Shown here piece after piece: positions 37,002 to 46,018 of a stretch of 64,000 nucleotides of DNA (position 1 is its first letter; every line of letters starts with the position of its first letter). The notes below the pieces were generated by a model. That model ran no database searches. It had not been told where the DNA came from and worked only from the letters and a program-made list of their open reading frames with translations. Source of the stretch: a virus (lineage: Duplodnaviria; Caudoviricetes); IMG/VR virus record IMGVR_UViG_3300033555_000001, positions 64,001 to 128,000 of that record; one strand, 5' to 3'. The position numbers and the translations under genes were made by a program.

Positions 37002-37790
37002 ATGTCAACAGATAAAACCACGCTAGGTGACCGCATTAAATCGTATGAGGCCGCCTCTACCTCTAGGTGTGCCGTTAAAGGCGAACCAATTATTGCCAGA
37101 TTAGACGGCCGCGCCTTTCATACTTTTACTCAAGGGCTAGAGCGGCCATATGACGCACGGCTCTCAGCGCTTATGAGCGAGACGCTCAAGGCTCTGGTAG
37201 AAAATACTGGGGCAAAGATTGGCTACCAACAAAGCGATGAAATATCGCTGGTTTGGTATGTACCCGCTGATTCTACAACGCAGTACCCGCACGGCGGTCG
37301 CTTTCAAAAATTAGACAGCTTGCTTGCCGCCTACGCAAGCTCGTACTTTAACAGCAGAATTCCAAAGTTGCTGCCTGAGAAAAGTGGAACACTGGCACTC
37401 TTTGATGCGCGCACCTTTTCAGTACCTGATTTGCAGACAGCGTATGAGTGCCTGCTCTGGAGGCAGCGAGATTCTTTGAAAAATTCAATCAGCATGGCGG
37501 CTCAATCAGTGTGTAGCCACCGTGAGCTACAGGGTCTTAACGGCCTGCAAATGAAGACCCTAATGGCGGAACGAGGTTTAGAATACAGCCGTCTTCCAGA
37601 GTTCTTTAAATTAGGAGTTTTTGCACAGCGCACAAAGGTGAGTAGACGGCTCTCTGTAGAAGAACTAGCAAAATTGCCGGAGTGTGCCAGGACGGATGGT
37701 CTGGTAGTGCGGCCGGTGACTTCATTAGTGCATATTAATCTAGAGCATCTTGCAGATCCAATAGAGCAGCTATTTGGGTTGCAATTGTAA
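37002..37790 (+). CDS. thg1: tRNA(His) guanylyltransferase Thg1-like 3'-5' polymerase
   Basis: LGDRIKSYE, RLDGRAFH, QSDEISL, GRFQK, FDAR, WRQRD-KNSI. Confidence 0.95.
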   Translation: MSTDKTTLGDRIKSYEAASTSRCAVKGEPIIARLDGRAFHTFTQGLERPYDARLSALMSETLKALVENTGAKIGYQQSDEISLVWYVPADSTTQYPHGGRFQKLDSLLAAYASSYFNSRIPKLLPEKSGTLALFDARTFSVPDLQTAYECLLWRQRDSLKNSISMAAQSVCSHRELQGLNGLQMKTLMAERGLEYSRLPEFFKLGVFAQRTKVSRRLSVEELAKLPECARTDGLVVRPVTSLVHINLEHLADPIEQLFGLQL

Positions 37791-37848
37791 CGGACTAAAA
37801 CCACCGTTACAATTTAGTCAAGCACTATTTCCTGGTTCATGATATTAT
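37783..37848 (+). promoter_or_regulatory. ACCGTTACAATT box (in an inverted repeat) plus -10 TATTAT
   Basis: AATTGTAACGG 37783/CCGTTACAATT 37804; -10 at 37843 (40 bp); TGATATTAT(A/G)GCTCTGT shared with the 20722 region. Confidence 0.8.
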
Positions 37849-37877
37849 GGCTCTGTGCTAAACAACCAGGGAACAAT

Positions 37878-37967
37878 ATGTTAAAAGTTTTAAAACTCCA
37901 GGCCGAAATTTTTGTGATTGATGTGCAACTGGCTGTTAACTCGTTTCTGACTTTTATCTATTTGTAA
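37878..37967 (+). CDS. Very small hydrophobic peptide (29 aa)
   Basis: MLKVLKLQAEIFVIDVQLAVNSFLTFIYL; AGGGA RBS; first ORF after the box promoter. Confidence 0.5.
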   Translation: MLKVLKLQAEIFVIDVQLAVNSFLTFIYL

Positions 37968-37968
37968 C

Positions 37969-38277
37969 ATGACTAATGAGACGCAGTTAAGCGCGCAGGA
38001 ACTGATAGACCGTGGTTATCGCATGGTCTCTAATTCCGGTCGAATGGTTGCAAGAATCGACCGAGAAGACTGGGTTGGTTCAATGGCCAGAAGGATGAGA
38101 GTAAACCCAAGGGATTTTTATGATCATCGCGGATTTCCAAGTAGCCAATGGTGTGATTATTATCGCAGAATGTTCAGCAGAGATGTGCTGATCGTTAACG
38201 AGGAAATTCTTAGTAAGATTCCAACATCTGGGCATGATCCAGTTGGATATGTGAAGTGCCAGGTTAACCCTGAATAA
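37969..38277 (+). CDS. Hypothetical protein
   Basis: Ends before the hairpin at 38298. Confidence 0.75.
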   Translation: MTNETQLSAQELIDRGYRMVSNSGRMVARIDREDWVGSMARRMRVNPRDFYDHRGFPSSQWCDYYRRMFSRDVLIVNEEILSKIPTSGHDPVGYVKCQVNPE

Positions 38278-38297
38278 AGAATGTAGCGCATACTAAT

Positions 38298-38319
38298 CGA
38301 GGGACCACTTGGTCCCTCG
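38298..38319. terminator. Hairpin between convergent genes
   Basis: CGAGGGACC-ACTT-GGTCCCTCG. Confidence 0.75.
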
Positions 38320-38339
38320 GCTGTTTCTAGTGCTGAGAA

Positions 38340-38888
38340 TTACTTCTTCATTGATTTGATATCGTCTTCATCAAAATACAAGACGTCGTAGGCGGAAATA
38401 TCTCCATCGCCTGCATGCTCTGCACTTAACTCATCAGCTCGTTCAAATGCAGCGCCCTTTTGCATTGGGCCTTCAACTGGCTTGTCCATGTGATCAACAA
38501 CATAATGACCAGGTTCAGTAACTTTAAAATGCTCGGCGCCCTCTTTAATTCCAAGCTTTTTACGGATGCGATCTGCTTCTTTGTCGCGCCATGCGTCGTC
38601 TTTTGCTAAAAATTTACGATCATTGGATCCAAGCGCCGCTTGAAGATCTTTATCAAGAATAACTCCTGGCTTTTTGCCTGCTGCCAAGTTCTTAAGAGCA
38701 ATATCGAGTGCGTCTTCTTTGTTACCAGTAACGCCAGCGCGCTTGGCCTTTAGCCGCTCACGCTCTTTTTTCAATTTCTCAAGCTTGTCATTATTTTTGA
38801 ACAGACCAAATATCTCAGTGATTTGTTCGTCAGAGGTCTCGGGGCCATCTATAAAGAGCGAGAATTTTTTAAAAGAAATATCGGACAT
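38340..38888 (-). CDS. Probable internal head protein (charged, late)
   Basis: TAAATA (minus strand) 38916-38921; ITE and IKE protease-like sites. Confidence 0.65.
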   Translation of the reverse strand: MSDISFKKFSLFIDGPETSDEQITEIFGLFKNNDKLEKLKKERERLKAKRAGVTGNKEDALDIALKNLAAGKKPGVILDKDLQAALGSNDRKFLAKDDAWRDKEADRIRKKLGIKEGAEHFKVTEPGHYVVDHMDKPVEGPMQKGAAFERADELSAEHAGDGDISAYDVLYFDEDDIKSMKK

Positions 38889-38915
38889 GCTGTCAACCTA
38901 GAGAGTTAGATCAAT

Positions 38916-38921
38916 TATTTA
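38916..38921 (-). promoter_or_regulatory. Late promoter box TAAATA
   Basis: gcTAAATAa on the minus strand, intergenic. Confidence 0.7.
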
Positions 38922-38950
38922 GCGGAATAGGCAGTGATCCCACCACCGGC

Positions 38951-38980
38951 TGTACAGCTACAGGGATTTAGATTTAGAAT
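38951..38980 (+). promoter_or_regulatory. Promoter TGTACA-N18-TAGAAT
   Basis: Matches the TGTAC -35 class; upstream of 39012. Confidence 0.55.
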
Positions 38981-39011
38981 AACAGTATTAAAATAAAGTC
39001 TGGAGCCAGAC

Positions 39012-39443
39012 ATGAGCGTTGAAAATTTAGTACAAGACGGCGAGAACCAGGCAGTACGAGTATTCTTGAGATTTTACCATCCTGACAATTGCGCCACAAC
39101 TGAGTTTATGCGCGAGATGATGGCCGGGTCAGGCTATCCGCACTGGCCAGAGTGGGCTTTTGAAAATGAACTGCTCACAAAAGCTAGTGCTCAAGCGTGG
39201 ATTAGATACCTGTTTAGCCTAGAGCCAGCAAAGTCAGAAACCCAGAGCACTGAGTTTTACAAGGGAATACAGCACGCACTGCATATTGCGGAAGATGAAA
39301 AAGCTAACATAACACAAAAATACATTGATCGCATCAATCAAGACAGAGCAGAAATGAATGGAAATATGAATTGGGCCAGGCTTGAGGGCGCAGTCTGCGT
39401 TGTGGAAAAACTAAAACAGTCTTTGGGTTTATCAACACTATGA
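39012..39443 (+). CDS. Hypothetical protein
   Basis: GGAG RBS within a GTCTG/CAGAC mini-hairpin. Confidence 0.75.
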   Translation: MSVENLVQDGENQAVRVFLRFYHPDNCATTEFMREMMAGSGYPHWPEWAFENELLTKASAQAWIRYLFSLEPAKSETQSTEFYKGIQHALHIAEDEKANITQKYIDRINQDRAEMNGNMNWARLEGAVCVVEKLKQSLGLSTL

Positions 39444-39766
39444 CGCGTCAATTTGTACTTGTTAAAGCCACAATCAGCGAACAGGGTTTTGCTGACAGGC
39501 AGGGCAGCGGAATCTGCAAATTAAAGCGTAACCAGAACTTATCAGAGTTTATAACGCAGTACACACTTGATCGTGGGTTTAGTAATCTAGAACTGTACGA
39601 GCGTGGCAGTAGTACAGCCGCTATTTTTAGAACTGACACTCAGATCATGACTTGGAACTTTACAGTGTACGGCGAAGATGATATAATGCAGGCTATAGTT
39701 AATCTTTCTCGCGAAGAGCTTATTAGAGATCTGCAGGAAATCCTTCCATTAAAGGAATTACAATGA
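39440..39766 (+). CDS. Hypothetical protein
   Basis: ATGA overlap. Confidence 0.75.
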   Translation: MTRQFVLVKATISEQGFADRQGSGICKLKRNQNLSEFITQYTLDRGFSNLELYERGSSTAAIFRTDTQIMTWNFTVYGEDDIMQAIVNLSREELIRDLQEILPLKELQ

Positions 39767-40383
39767 CTAAAGTTTTTGGAATTAGCGGTGCACAGGGCGC
39801 TGGCAAATCAACTTTGCTGGCAGGTCTGGAAAAACGGCTGTACGTTGTAGACAATTTTAAAGTATCGCGAGCTGTGCAAGAACAACTGGGTTGGAGTTCA
39901 CTTGATCGAGTCATGGATTCACCAGAGAGCATGATGGAGTTTCAGCGAGCGGTGTTTGATCAAAAGTACAAAAACGACCGAGCACTATTGCAGCGCTCAA
40001 AGATAACCTCTGACGTGATTTTAACCGAGCGCACGTTTGCAGACATTTCCGCGTATACTTCGCATTGGGTGTGGGAGTTTGTGCATACTGACCGCCTTGA
40101 TATTGAAGAAGGCCTGAAGTTTTTAAGAATTTTTAATGTTGATTGCAGCGCAGCTCATACTGAGATTTATGCTGGCACACTTTTACTTCCACTGATGCCG
40201 CACGTGCAGTTTGAAAACGATCCAAACCGCGCCAAGGAAAGAGACGCCAGTAAAATATACGCTGACGTCTTTAGGTTCTGCGAAAAGAAACTTTCAATAC
40301 GGCATCCAAGGTTTGAAATAACTGCAAAGACTACTGAGGATCGTGTTAAGCAAGTAGTAACATTCATTAATGGAGTTGCATAA
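39763..40383 (+). CDS. P-loop nucleotide kinase (dNMP kinase/AAA_28-like)
   Basis: GISGAQGAGKST, LTERTFAD. Confidence 0.8.
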   Translation: MTKVFGISGAQGAGKSTLLAGLEKRLYVVDNFKVSRAVQEQLGWSSLDRVMDSPESMMEFQRAVFDQKYKNDRALLQRSKITSDVILTERTFADISAYTSHWVWEFVHTDRLDIEEGLKFLRIFNVDCSAAHTEIYAGTLLLPLMPHVQFENDPNRAKERDASKIYADVFRFCEKKLSIRHPRFEITAKTTEDRVKQVVTFINGVA

Positions 40384-40384
40384 T

Positions 40385-40582
40385 ATGAAGTCCGTTCAGA
40401 CGCTACTGCTGTTTGTGCTGGCATGCCTGGCGATTGTTGGTGTTGGTATGTTTGCGCTCATGAGTGTGCAGGGTGCTACTCAGTTATATCACTTAGTTCA
40501 ACTAAAAGAAAACTGTCGAGAAACCGACAGGGCCCTGATAAAATCAGGTGGTAAATTAATTTGCGCGGCACCCGAGCGCTAA
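40385..40582 (+). CDS. Small membrane protein
   Basis: N-terminal TM LLLFVLACLAIVGVGMF. Confidence 0.7.
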   Translation: MKSVQTLLLFVLACLAIVGVGMFALMSVQGATQLYHLVQLKENCRETDRALIKSGGKLICAAPER

Positions 40583-40612
40583 TACCAACTTTAAGTGCTT
40601 AAGGAGAATGCT

Positions 40613-40795
40613 ATGGGTAAAGACCGAGGATTCAAAGAAATTACGGGTGCAATGATCACAAAAATTAATGTCTCAGCTGTCAATGAGGTAATTTTGTATG
40701 ACAGCAACACAAATACACGATACATTATAGAAGCAGAAATAGGGCCGTTAGGTATTCCAGAAATTTCCCTAAGGGTTGACAATAATGTCTCCTGA
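40613..40795 (+). CDS. Hypothetical protein
   Basis: AAGGAG RBS; start MGKDRGF. Confidence 0.7.
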   Translation: MGKDRGFKEITGAMITKINVSAVNEVILYDSNTNTRYIIEAEIGPLGIPEISLRVDNNVS

Positions 40796-40973
40796 AAAAT
40801 TCAGAAAATTTTTATTTGCGGTGTGGTTGCTGTTGGTACTTAGCTTTGTAATAGGAGTAACTGTGCTGATGGTAGTCACACAACATCGCATTACTGACGC
40901 CGCGCTGTTACGCAGCGCCATGAGCAGCGCTGCGTTTGGTGGCACTGCGGGCATACCTCTAGAAAGAAAATAA
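40785..40973 (+). CDS. Small membrane protein
   Basis: TM FLFAVWLLLVLSFVIGVTVLMVV. Confidence 0.65.
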   Translation: MSPEKFRKFLFAVWLLLVLSFVIGVTVLMVVTQHRITDAALLRSAMSSAAFGGTAGIPLERK

Positions 40974-41593
40974 TGGCGTACACTAAAGCATATTCAAGAC
41001 ATCATCCCGGAAAATTTGCGCTTTTAATTGATTGGGAAACAAGTGGTGCAGAATTTGGCGCTGACTCGTCAAAGCGCTTTCAGGGCCTGGCGTACGGTGC
41101 CATTATTTTTGACACCACGACCTTTGAAGCAGTTGATGAAGTTTACTGCGAAATGCACTTTGACGACACCAAGTACGAGTGGACTGAAGCTGCCGAAAAA
41201 ATTCATGGCCTGAGCCGTGAGCATTTGTTGGCAAATGGCGTCTCCCGTGAAGAAGGACTTGCACTGTTGCTTGAGCTCATTCTCAAATACATTCCGCCTG
41301 GTTCCAAGGTTATGATTGGTGGTCATAACTGTAATTTTGACATGGACTTTACTAATCAGCTCTTTGCTGATTTTGGGCTAGAGATTGTATTTCACCACGT
41401 GGTGCTTGATACCAGTTCTTTAGCCTTTACTCTGATTGGTGAGTACAAATCAGATGTGGTGTTTGACTTGCTGGGTGGTATTGAAAAACGTAATCTGCAC
41501 AATGCCTTAGAAGACGCCAAGGCCACTCTTGCTGTGCTCAGAAACGCGCGTCAAATCTTTGAAAAAGGTCTTGCAGCTGATATTGCAGGGTGA
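40973..41593 (+). CDS. DEDDh 3'-5' exonuclease (DnaQ/oligoribonuclease-like)
   Basis: LIDWETSG, IHGL, GHNCNFD, LDTSSL, HNALEDA. Confidence 0.9.
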   Translation: MAYTKAYSRHHPGKFALLIDWETSGAEFGADSSKRFQGLAYGAIIFDTTTFEAVDEVYCEMHFDDTKYEWTEAAEKIHGLSREHLLANGVSREEGLALLLELILKYIPPGSKVMIGGHNCNFDMDFTNQLFADFGLEIVFHHVVLDTSSLAFTLIGEYKSDVVFDLLGGIEKRNLHNALEDAKATLAVLRNARQIFEKGLAADIAG

Positions 41594-41605
41594 GGTGAAC
41601 AAATC

Positions 41606-41851
41606 ATGAACGCACAGCGCGGTATAACTTTGTCTGCTCAAGAGGTTGATTTTGCGGCGGGGGCTATTAAATCCTTACGTGAATCTCTTGAACAGCACGC
41701 TTCATGGCTTAAAAATCATCAGGGCATACCTCTTCCAGGAACAGGTATTGCAATTAGCGAAATTAACAGTGAAGTCTGTGCTTTACTAACTTTAGAATTA
41801 AAGCTGATGAAAACATGCTTTAGTTTTGCAACACCTAATGATTCAATATGA
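41606..41851 (+). CDS. Hypothetical protein
   Basis: GAGGTG RBS. Confidence 0.7.
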   Translation: MNAQRGITLSAQEVDFAAGAIKSLRESLEQHASWLKNHQGIPLPGTGIAISEINSEVCALLTLELKLMKTCFSFATPNDSI

Positions 41852-42039
41852 CACGCTCAATTATCCATCGCGAGCGTGGTGTGTTCAAATTCCAATGCTT
41901 ATTCCGACACGCATGGGGTAAGTTTTGTAGTCCTAAAATTCGGGACTGCCCATTTCCATCGCTTGATACGTACATCTGGCAACAGCGCACCTGCTCTAGA
42001 TGCGGCGCTGAGCACGGAATTGAGACGGACAACGCTTAG
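41848..42039 (+). CDS. Small Cys/His protein
   Basis: CLFRHAW...RTCSRCG; ATGA overlap. Confidence 0.7.
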   Translation: MTRSIIHRERGVFKFQCLFRHAWGKFCSPKIRDCPFPSLDTYIWQQRTCSRCGAEHGIETDNA

Positions 42040-42048
42040 ACAGAATAG

Positions 42049-42077
42049 TGTACACCTAACCCGGCCCGTGTTATAAT
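42049..42077 (+). promoter_or_regulatory. Promoter TGTACA-N17-TATAAT
   Basis: AATAGTGTACA identical to 54484-54494; TG extended -10. Confidence 0.85.
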
Positions 42078-42104
42078 AATTCTTTTGATGATGAGGCTAA
42101 GCAA

Positions 42105-42329
42105 ATGACTCTAAAAGACACGGTTGGTCGATACGTAATGGGCGATGCAGAGGTACGGCTTACTGGAAGAGTTGCCACTCGCCCAATGCCGGGTGGCAGA
42201 TCTCAAGAACTGGTAGAAATTACTCCCGCTGATGAAAATGAAGGTACCTGGAAGAAGTGGGTACCAGAAGCGTCCTTGTTTAAAATTTCAGGCGAAGCAC
42301 CAGCAATTTTAAAGGAGAGCTCAAAATGA
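42105..42329 (+). CDS. Hypothetical protein
   Basis: GAGG RBS after the promoter. Confidence 0.8.
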   Translation: MTLKDTVGRYVMGDAEVRLTGRVATRPMPGGRSQELVEITPADENEGTWKKWVPEASLFKISGEAPAILKESSK

Positions 42330-42571
42330 GTACACGCTATACGACACTTACGTACTTTCAAGTTTTCCTCTTGGCGCTCTTAACCGGCTTTATTGCTGGA
42401 GCAGTAGTGCTTGCTTATACGCAGTACACCGCCTATCGAGTTCTGCCACAGGTTGTCTCGGGTGCAGACGGCAAGTGCGTTAAGGTGGTGAACTTTGAAA
42501 ACGGCCATGCCTTTGGCTGCCCTGATGTTGACGTGTTGCTACGCCGCTACCGACCGGTGTCTGGTTTTTAA
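42326..42571 (+). CDS. Small membrane-anchored protein
   Basis: TM segment then CVKVV...GC motif. Confidence 0.75.
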   Translation: MSTRYTTLTYFQVFLLALLTGFIAGAVVLAYTQYTAYRVLPQVVSGADGKCVKVVNFENGHAFGCPDVDVLLRRYRPVSGF

Positions 42572-42587
42572 GGAACCCCTGACCCAG

Positions 42588-42593
42588 TAAATA
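42588..42593 (+). promoter_or_regulatory. Late promoter box TAAATA
   Basis: Intergenic gTAAATAg. Confidence 0.7.
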
Positions 42594-42622
42594 GGGTATA
42601 CTTTACCTTAAAGAGGCATGAT

Positions 42623-43786
42623 CTGAAGCGCTACGTTACTCTCCAGTGCAATACCTGCCAGCGCAGCAAAGACGCGCTGATTAACCTGACGCATTACGCG
42701 CCAGATCGATGCACAATTACGCTTGGTTGCGAGGGGCGGCTGTCTCCTACTGGCTACACCAGCGACGGCAATGCTGCTCTTAGCGTGCCACCAGCCGGAC
42801 TTACTAACTGGTACCCACGCGGTTCGGTTATTACCGGAACACAGGCTCTTCAGCCCTCGCTGCTCTACAACACTAGTACTGGAACTCTGCAACAACTGGT
42901 TATTGCAGTACCAATAACAGAGCTTGGATTTACTCCTGGCGCACGTGCCACAGCGCGTCTTGTGCTGGTATCCGAACAGCAAACCGCAAAAGATTACCGC
43001 CAGTACACTTACAGAAAAAGTGGTGCCTTTACTGCGGTGAACGGTGTTGAAGACGGTGCAGCCCAAAAAGTCCTGAGATACAATATTACTGGCCCCTCAC
43101 CAGACAGCGTAGAAGTCTATGTGAACGGCGTGAAGCGAGATGCTGGCACTGGCAGTACTGAGTATCAACTTTTTTTAGGGCCTGATTCTGCCGCACCACC
43201 AAACTCAGTGCTCTTTAATACTGCGCTCTCTGATTCAACCACGCAAGTTGATGTGATTATTACTCAGGCCTCGTCCGTGAGTTCAGTTGAGCTTAAATTT
43301 AAACGCGTGATTGACAACGATGCTCGAACCGGCACAGGAGCCTGGGAAGGTGTAGATGCTGTTTCATCTCCAGCGCTGGGACGGCTGTGTTTATTTTACC
43401 TGGATTTCTCCGAGATCTCGGCTACACTTGCCCTTGACATTAAATTAAAGTTTGGCACCGGTTCCGTTTTGCAAGTACAAGACGAGGCACAGTCCGGAAC
43501 TGCACGACCTGTGATACTATTATCACGTAGCGGATTGTTTACTGAACTAGACAGGCTGCGATCAAGAGTAATTAATTTTGCTGAACTGTCAAGTGCTACT
43601 GATTACTTAATTGTTAAGCTAGTAAACAAGGTCAGGATCCTGTTTGTAACTGAGGATTCAGCAAAGGATATTTTCCCAGCACTACAGATTCACCGGTATA
43701 ACAAGCCTGTGTTACAGACCCAACTGGCTGGAAATTCAGACGGTGCACAGTTAGAAAACTCTATCATTATAGGTCCTGATCAGTGA
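42623..43786 (+). CDS. Late structural protein, probable CTG start
   Basis: Frame open from 42572; AAGAGG then CTG AAG CGC TAC; CNTC...C...C N-terminus; VYVNGV...EY domain. Confidence 0.7.
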   Translation: MKRYVTLQCNTCQRSKDALINLTHYAPDRCTITLGCEGRLSPTGYTSDGNAALSVPPAGLTNWYPRGSVITGTQALQPSLLYNTSTGTLQQLVIAVPITELGFTPGARATARLVLVSEQQTAKDYRQYTYRKSGAFTAVNGVEDGAAQKVLRYNITGPSPDSVEVYVNGVKRDAGTGSTEYQLFLGPDSAAPPNSVLFNTALSDSTTQVDVIITQASSVSSVELKFKRVIDNDARTGTGAWEGVDAVSSPALGRLCLFYLDFSEISATLALDIKLKFGTGSVLQVQDEAQSGTARPVILLSRSGLFTELDRLRSRVINFAELSSATDYLIVKLVNKVRILFVTEDSAKDIFPALQIHRYNKPVLQTQLAGNSDGAQLENSIIIGPDQ

Positions 43787-44247
43787 TTACACCGCCTGTT
43801 GGAACTGAAAGTTACTACACCGCAATGCTTGAAACTGACGCAGCGCGCTATGTAATTAATTTACTTGTTGGAGAAGCTGCTGCGCAGGACGTTGCGCACG
43901 TAATGTTAACGTCCAAAGACATGGGCTCCGAGCTTGAGGCCGCGCACGAACTTCGCACGGGTGCCGAAATAGTTATTGGCGCGGTATCAAGTGGTGAAGT
44001 ACCAGTAATTAATATGAACTTTAATCCGCTGTACTTGCCCAACATCGAGACGTTCCAACACATGGATGTGGACGAAGAGGGTGACATTATTGAGATTGAC
44101 GGCTTTCAAAATCCGTTTATTGCGGTAACTTTTAAAGTCCAAAATGAAAATCAGCGCACCAGCATTGACTGTAAGATAAATTGGAAGCAGTTCACGCTGC
44201 CCGACATGCACGAAATGATTAATGACCGGCCACAGTTACTCTCATGA
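43783..44247 (+). CDS. Hypothetical late protein
   Basis: GTGA overlap. Confidence 0.75.
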   Translation: MITPPVGTESYYTAMLETDAARYVINLLVGEAAAQDVAHVMLTSKDMGSELEAAHELRTGAEIVIGAVSSGEVPVINMNFNPLYLPNIETFQHMDVDEEGDIIEIDGFQNPFIAVTFKVQNENQRTSIDCKINWKQFTLPDMHEMINDRPQLLS

Positions 44248-44654
44248 TTACATACTCTACTCCTCCGCTGTATCGGTACGCCATAAATTTAAAGCTGAGC
44301 CAAGTTCTTGCCAGCACTCAGATTAACGGCGTATTTCCAAACATTGAAGATGTGATGATTAGCTCAAGGGATTTTACTGAATTTGAAGAGGCAGTAACAA
44401 GCACTACTGCACTTGCAAAACAACTGACGCTGTCGCTTAATGTAGCAGTGCAAGCTGAAAAGTACAAACTTGTGTCTGAAGTAAATCCGAAAATATCAGG
44501 AACCGATACCGTGTCTAAAGAGTGGGCAGACAACGAACTGCTTAAAATTTGGATTTTAGATAACGCTGACGGCGTTCTCCTAGACGGTTCAATGCCAGCC
44601 ATTGGTCTTGCCCAGCTAATTGAAATCGACAGTCCGCCAGTATTTATTAACTAA
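44244..44654 (+). CDS. Hypothetical late protein
   Basis: ATGA overlap. Confidence 0.75.
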   Translation: MITYSTPPLYRYAINLKLSQVLASTQINGVFPNIEDVMISSRDFTEFEEAVTSTTALAKQLTLSLNVAVQAEKYKLVSEVNPKISGTDTVSKEWADNELLKIWILDNADGVLLDGSMPAIGLAQLIEIDSPPVFIN

Positions 44655-44731
44655 CGTCCCACGTTAGCTCAACCCGGTACCCCAACTCTGGGGTACAATC
44701 TCTTACCATCAACACATCACCGGAGTCTTGA

Positions 44732-45088
44732 ATGAACACCCTTGTCAATGCTGAAAACAAAAAACAGAACACGAAATTCCGCGCGATTCAGGACATTATG
44801 AATAATCCTGCTCTTAAAGCCAAGCTCAATAACTTGGTTGACGAGGCAGTGCGCACTAAGCAAAAAATCTTTGAAGAGCAGCTTACAATTAAAACGCTGC
44901 GTGAAGTAGCGCTCAATGATGTAGGCCTGAACCCAAAGCTGTTTAACTACTATGTTGCCGCGGTATTCAACAACGACTACGCCATGCGCAAAGACAGTTT
45001 GACGGAATTGTCAGACTTGATTGACAACGTAATGGCGCTCCTGCCAGCCACAAATTCAAACTTCCAAAACGGTCCAGACGAGGACTAA
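44732..45088 (+). CDS. T4 DsbA-like dsDNA-binding protein
   Basis: VDEA...IKTLREVA...GLNPKLFN-YV-DY pattern recalls T4 DsbA. Confidence 0.55.
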   Translation: MNTLVNAENKKQNTKFRAIQDIMNNPALKAKLNNLVDEAVRTKQKIFEEQLTIKTLREVALNDVGLNPKLFNYYVAAVFNNDYAMRKDSLTELSDLIDNVMALLPATNSNFQNGPDED

Positions 45089-45255
45089 TGAGCGCACTTA
45101 TGGCAGGGCATGAAGCCTATTATCAGTGGTGTGAAAATGGTTTTGAAGACTATCCCACACCACCGGTAGATTTTACGCCTGAACAAGTCATAGATTGGGA
45201 AATTGGATTTGATGACGCCATGGATTATTACCTTTACTATCAATATGGCGAGTGA
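45088..45255 (+). CDS. Small acidic aromatic protein (55 aa)
   Basis: TAATG coupling; GHEAY...W-IGFDDA. Confidence 0.65.
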   Translation: MSALMAGHEAYYQWCENGFEDYPTPPVDFTPEQVIDWEIGFDDAMDYYLYYQYGE

Positions 45256-45307
45256 TAAACAGTACAAAGTGGTTGAGACGAAGACTGATTATTAACCCAA
45301 TTATCGT

Positions 45308-46018
45308 ATGTCAATACCTAAAAAGCCCAGGATACACGTACTGTATAAAATCACGTCTCTCACTGACGCGTACTACTATATTGGCATTCACAGCACCTTT
45401 GACATAAATGACGATTATTTGGGCAGCGGTAGAATTATAAGAAGGGCGATTAAAAAGCACGGTAAAGAAAATTTCAGAAAAGAAATTTTGGAAATTTGTG
45501 CTAGTAGAAGCAAGCTGCTTGCAAGAGAAAAAGAAGTAGTGAACGCTGATTTATTAAATGATCCTCTCTGCACTAACTTAAAGATAGGAGGTTCCGGAAC
45601 CGATTCTGCCACCTGGCTTAGAATATGGGATAGACCAGGTTATAGGGAAAATCAAAGTAATAATTTAAAAGCTAGATGGGCTAATCCTGATAACGCGCTT
45701 TCAATGGGTAAAGCCCTATCAAATACTATTAGCGGTTTATCGGAAGAAGAAAAAATCAAAAGACTGCGAATGTCATGCTGGTCAGGAGATCAAGAAAAAA
45801 GAGCACTGAGTATTAAGCGCGGAAAATCATCCTTAATGCAAGTCACAAAGCCAGATGGAACTAAGATAGAATTTAATTCTTTAGATTCTGAAAGTATTGC
45901 GGGCATCACATATGCTAAAATAAAATACTTTCTCAGATATTACGGTGGTGTTGATAAATCCACTAATAATCTATACTCATACATTAAAAAATATGGCGAA
46001 CATGCAGCAAAAAACTAA
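45308..46018 (+). mobile_element. Free-standing Seg-like GIY-YIG homing endonuclease
   Basis: VLYKIT-YYYIGIHST-DDYLGSG-AIKKHGKENFRKEILE; AT-rich; overlaps the polymerase start. Confidence 0.9.
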
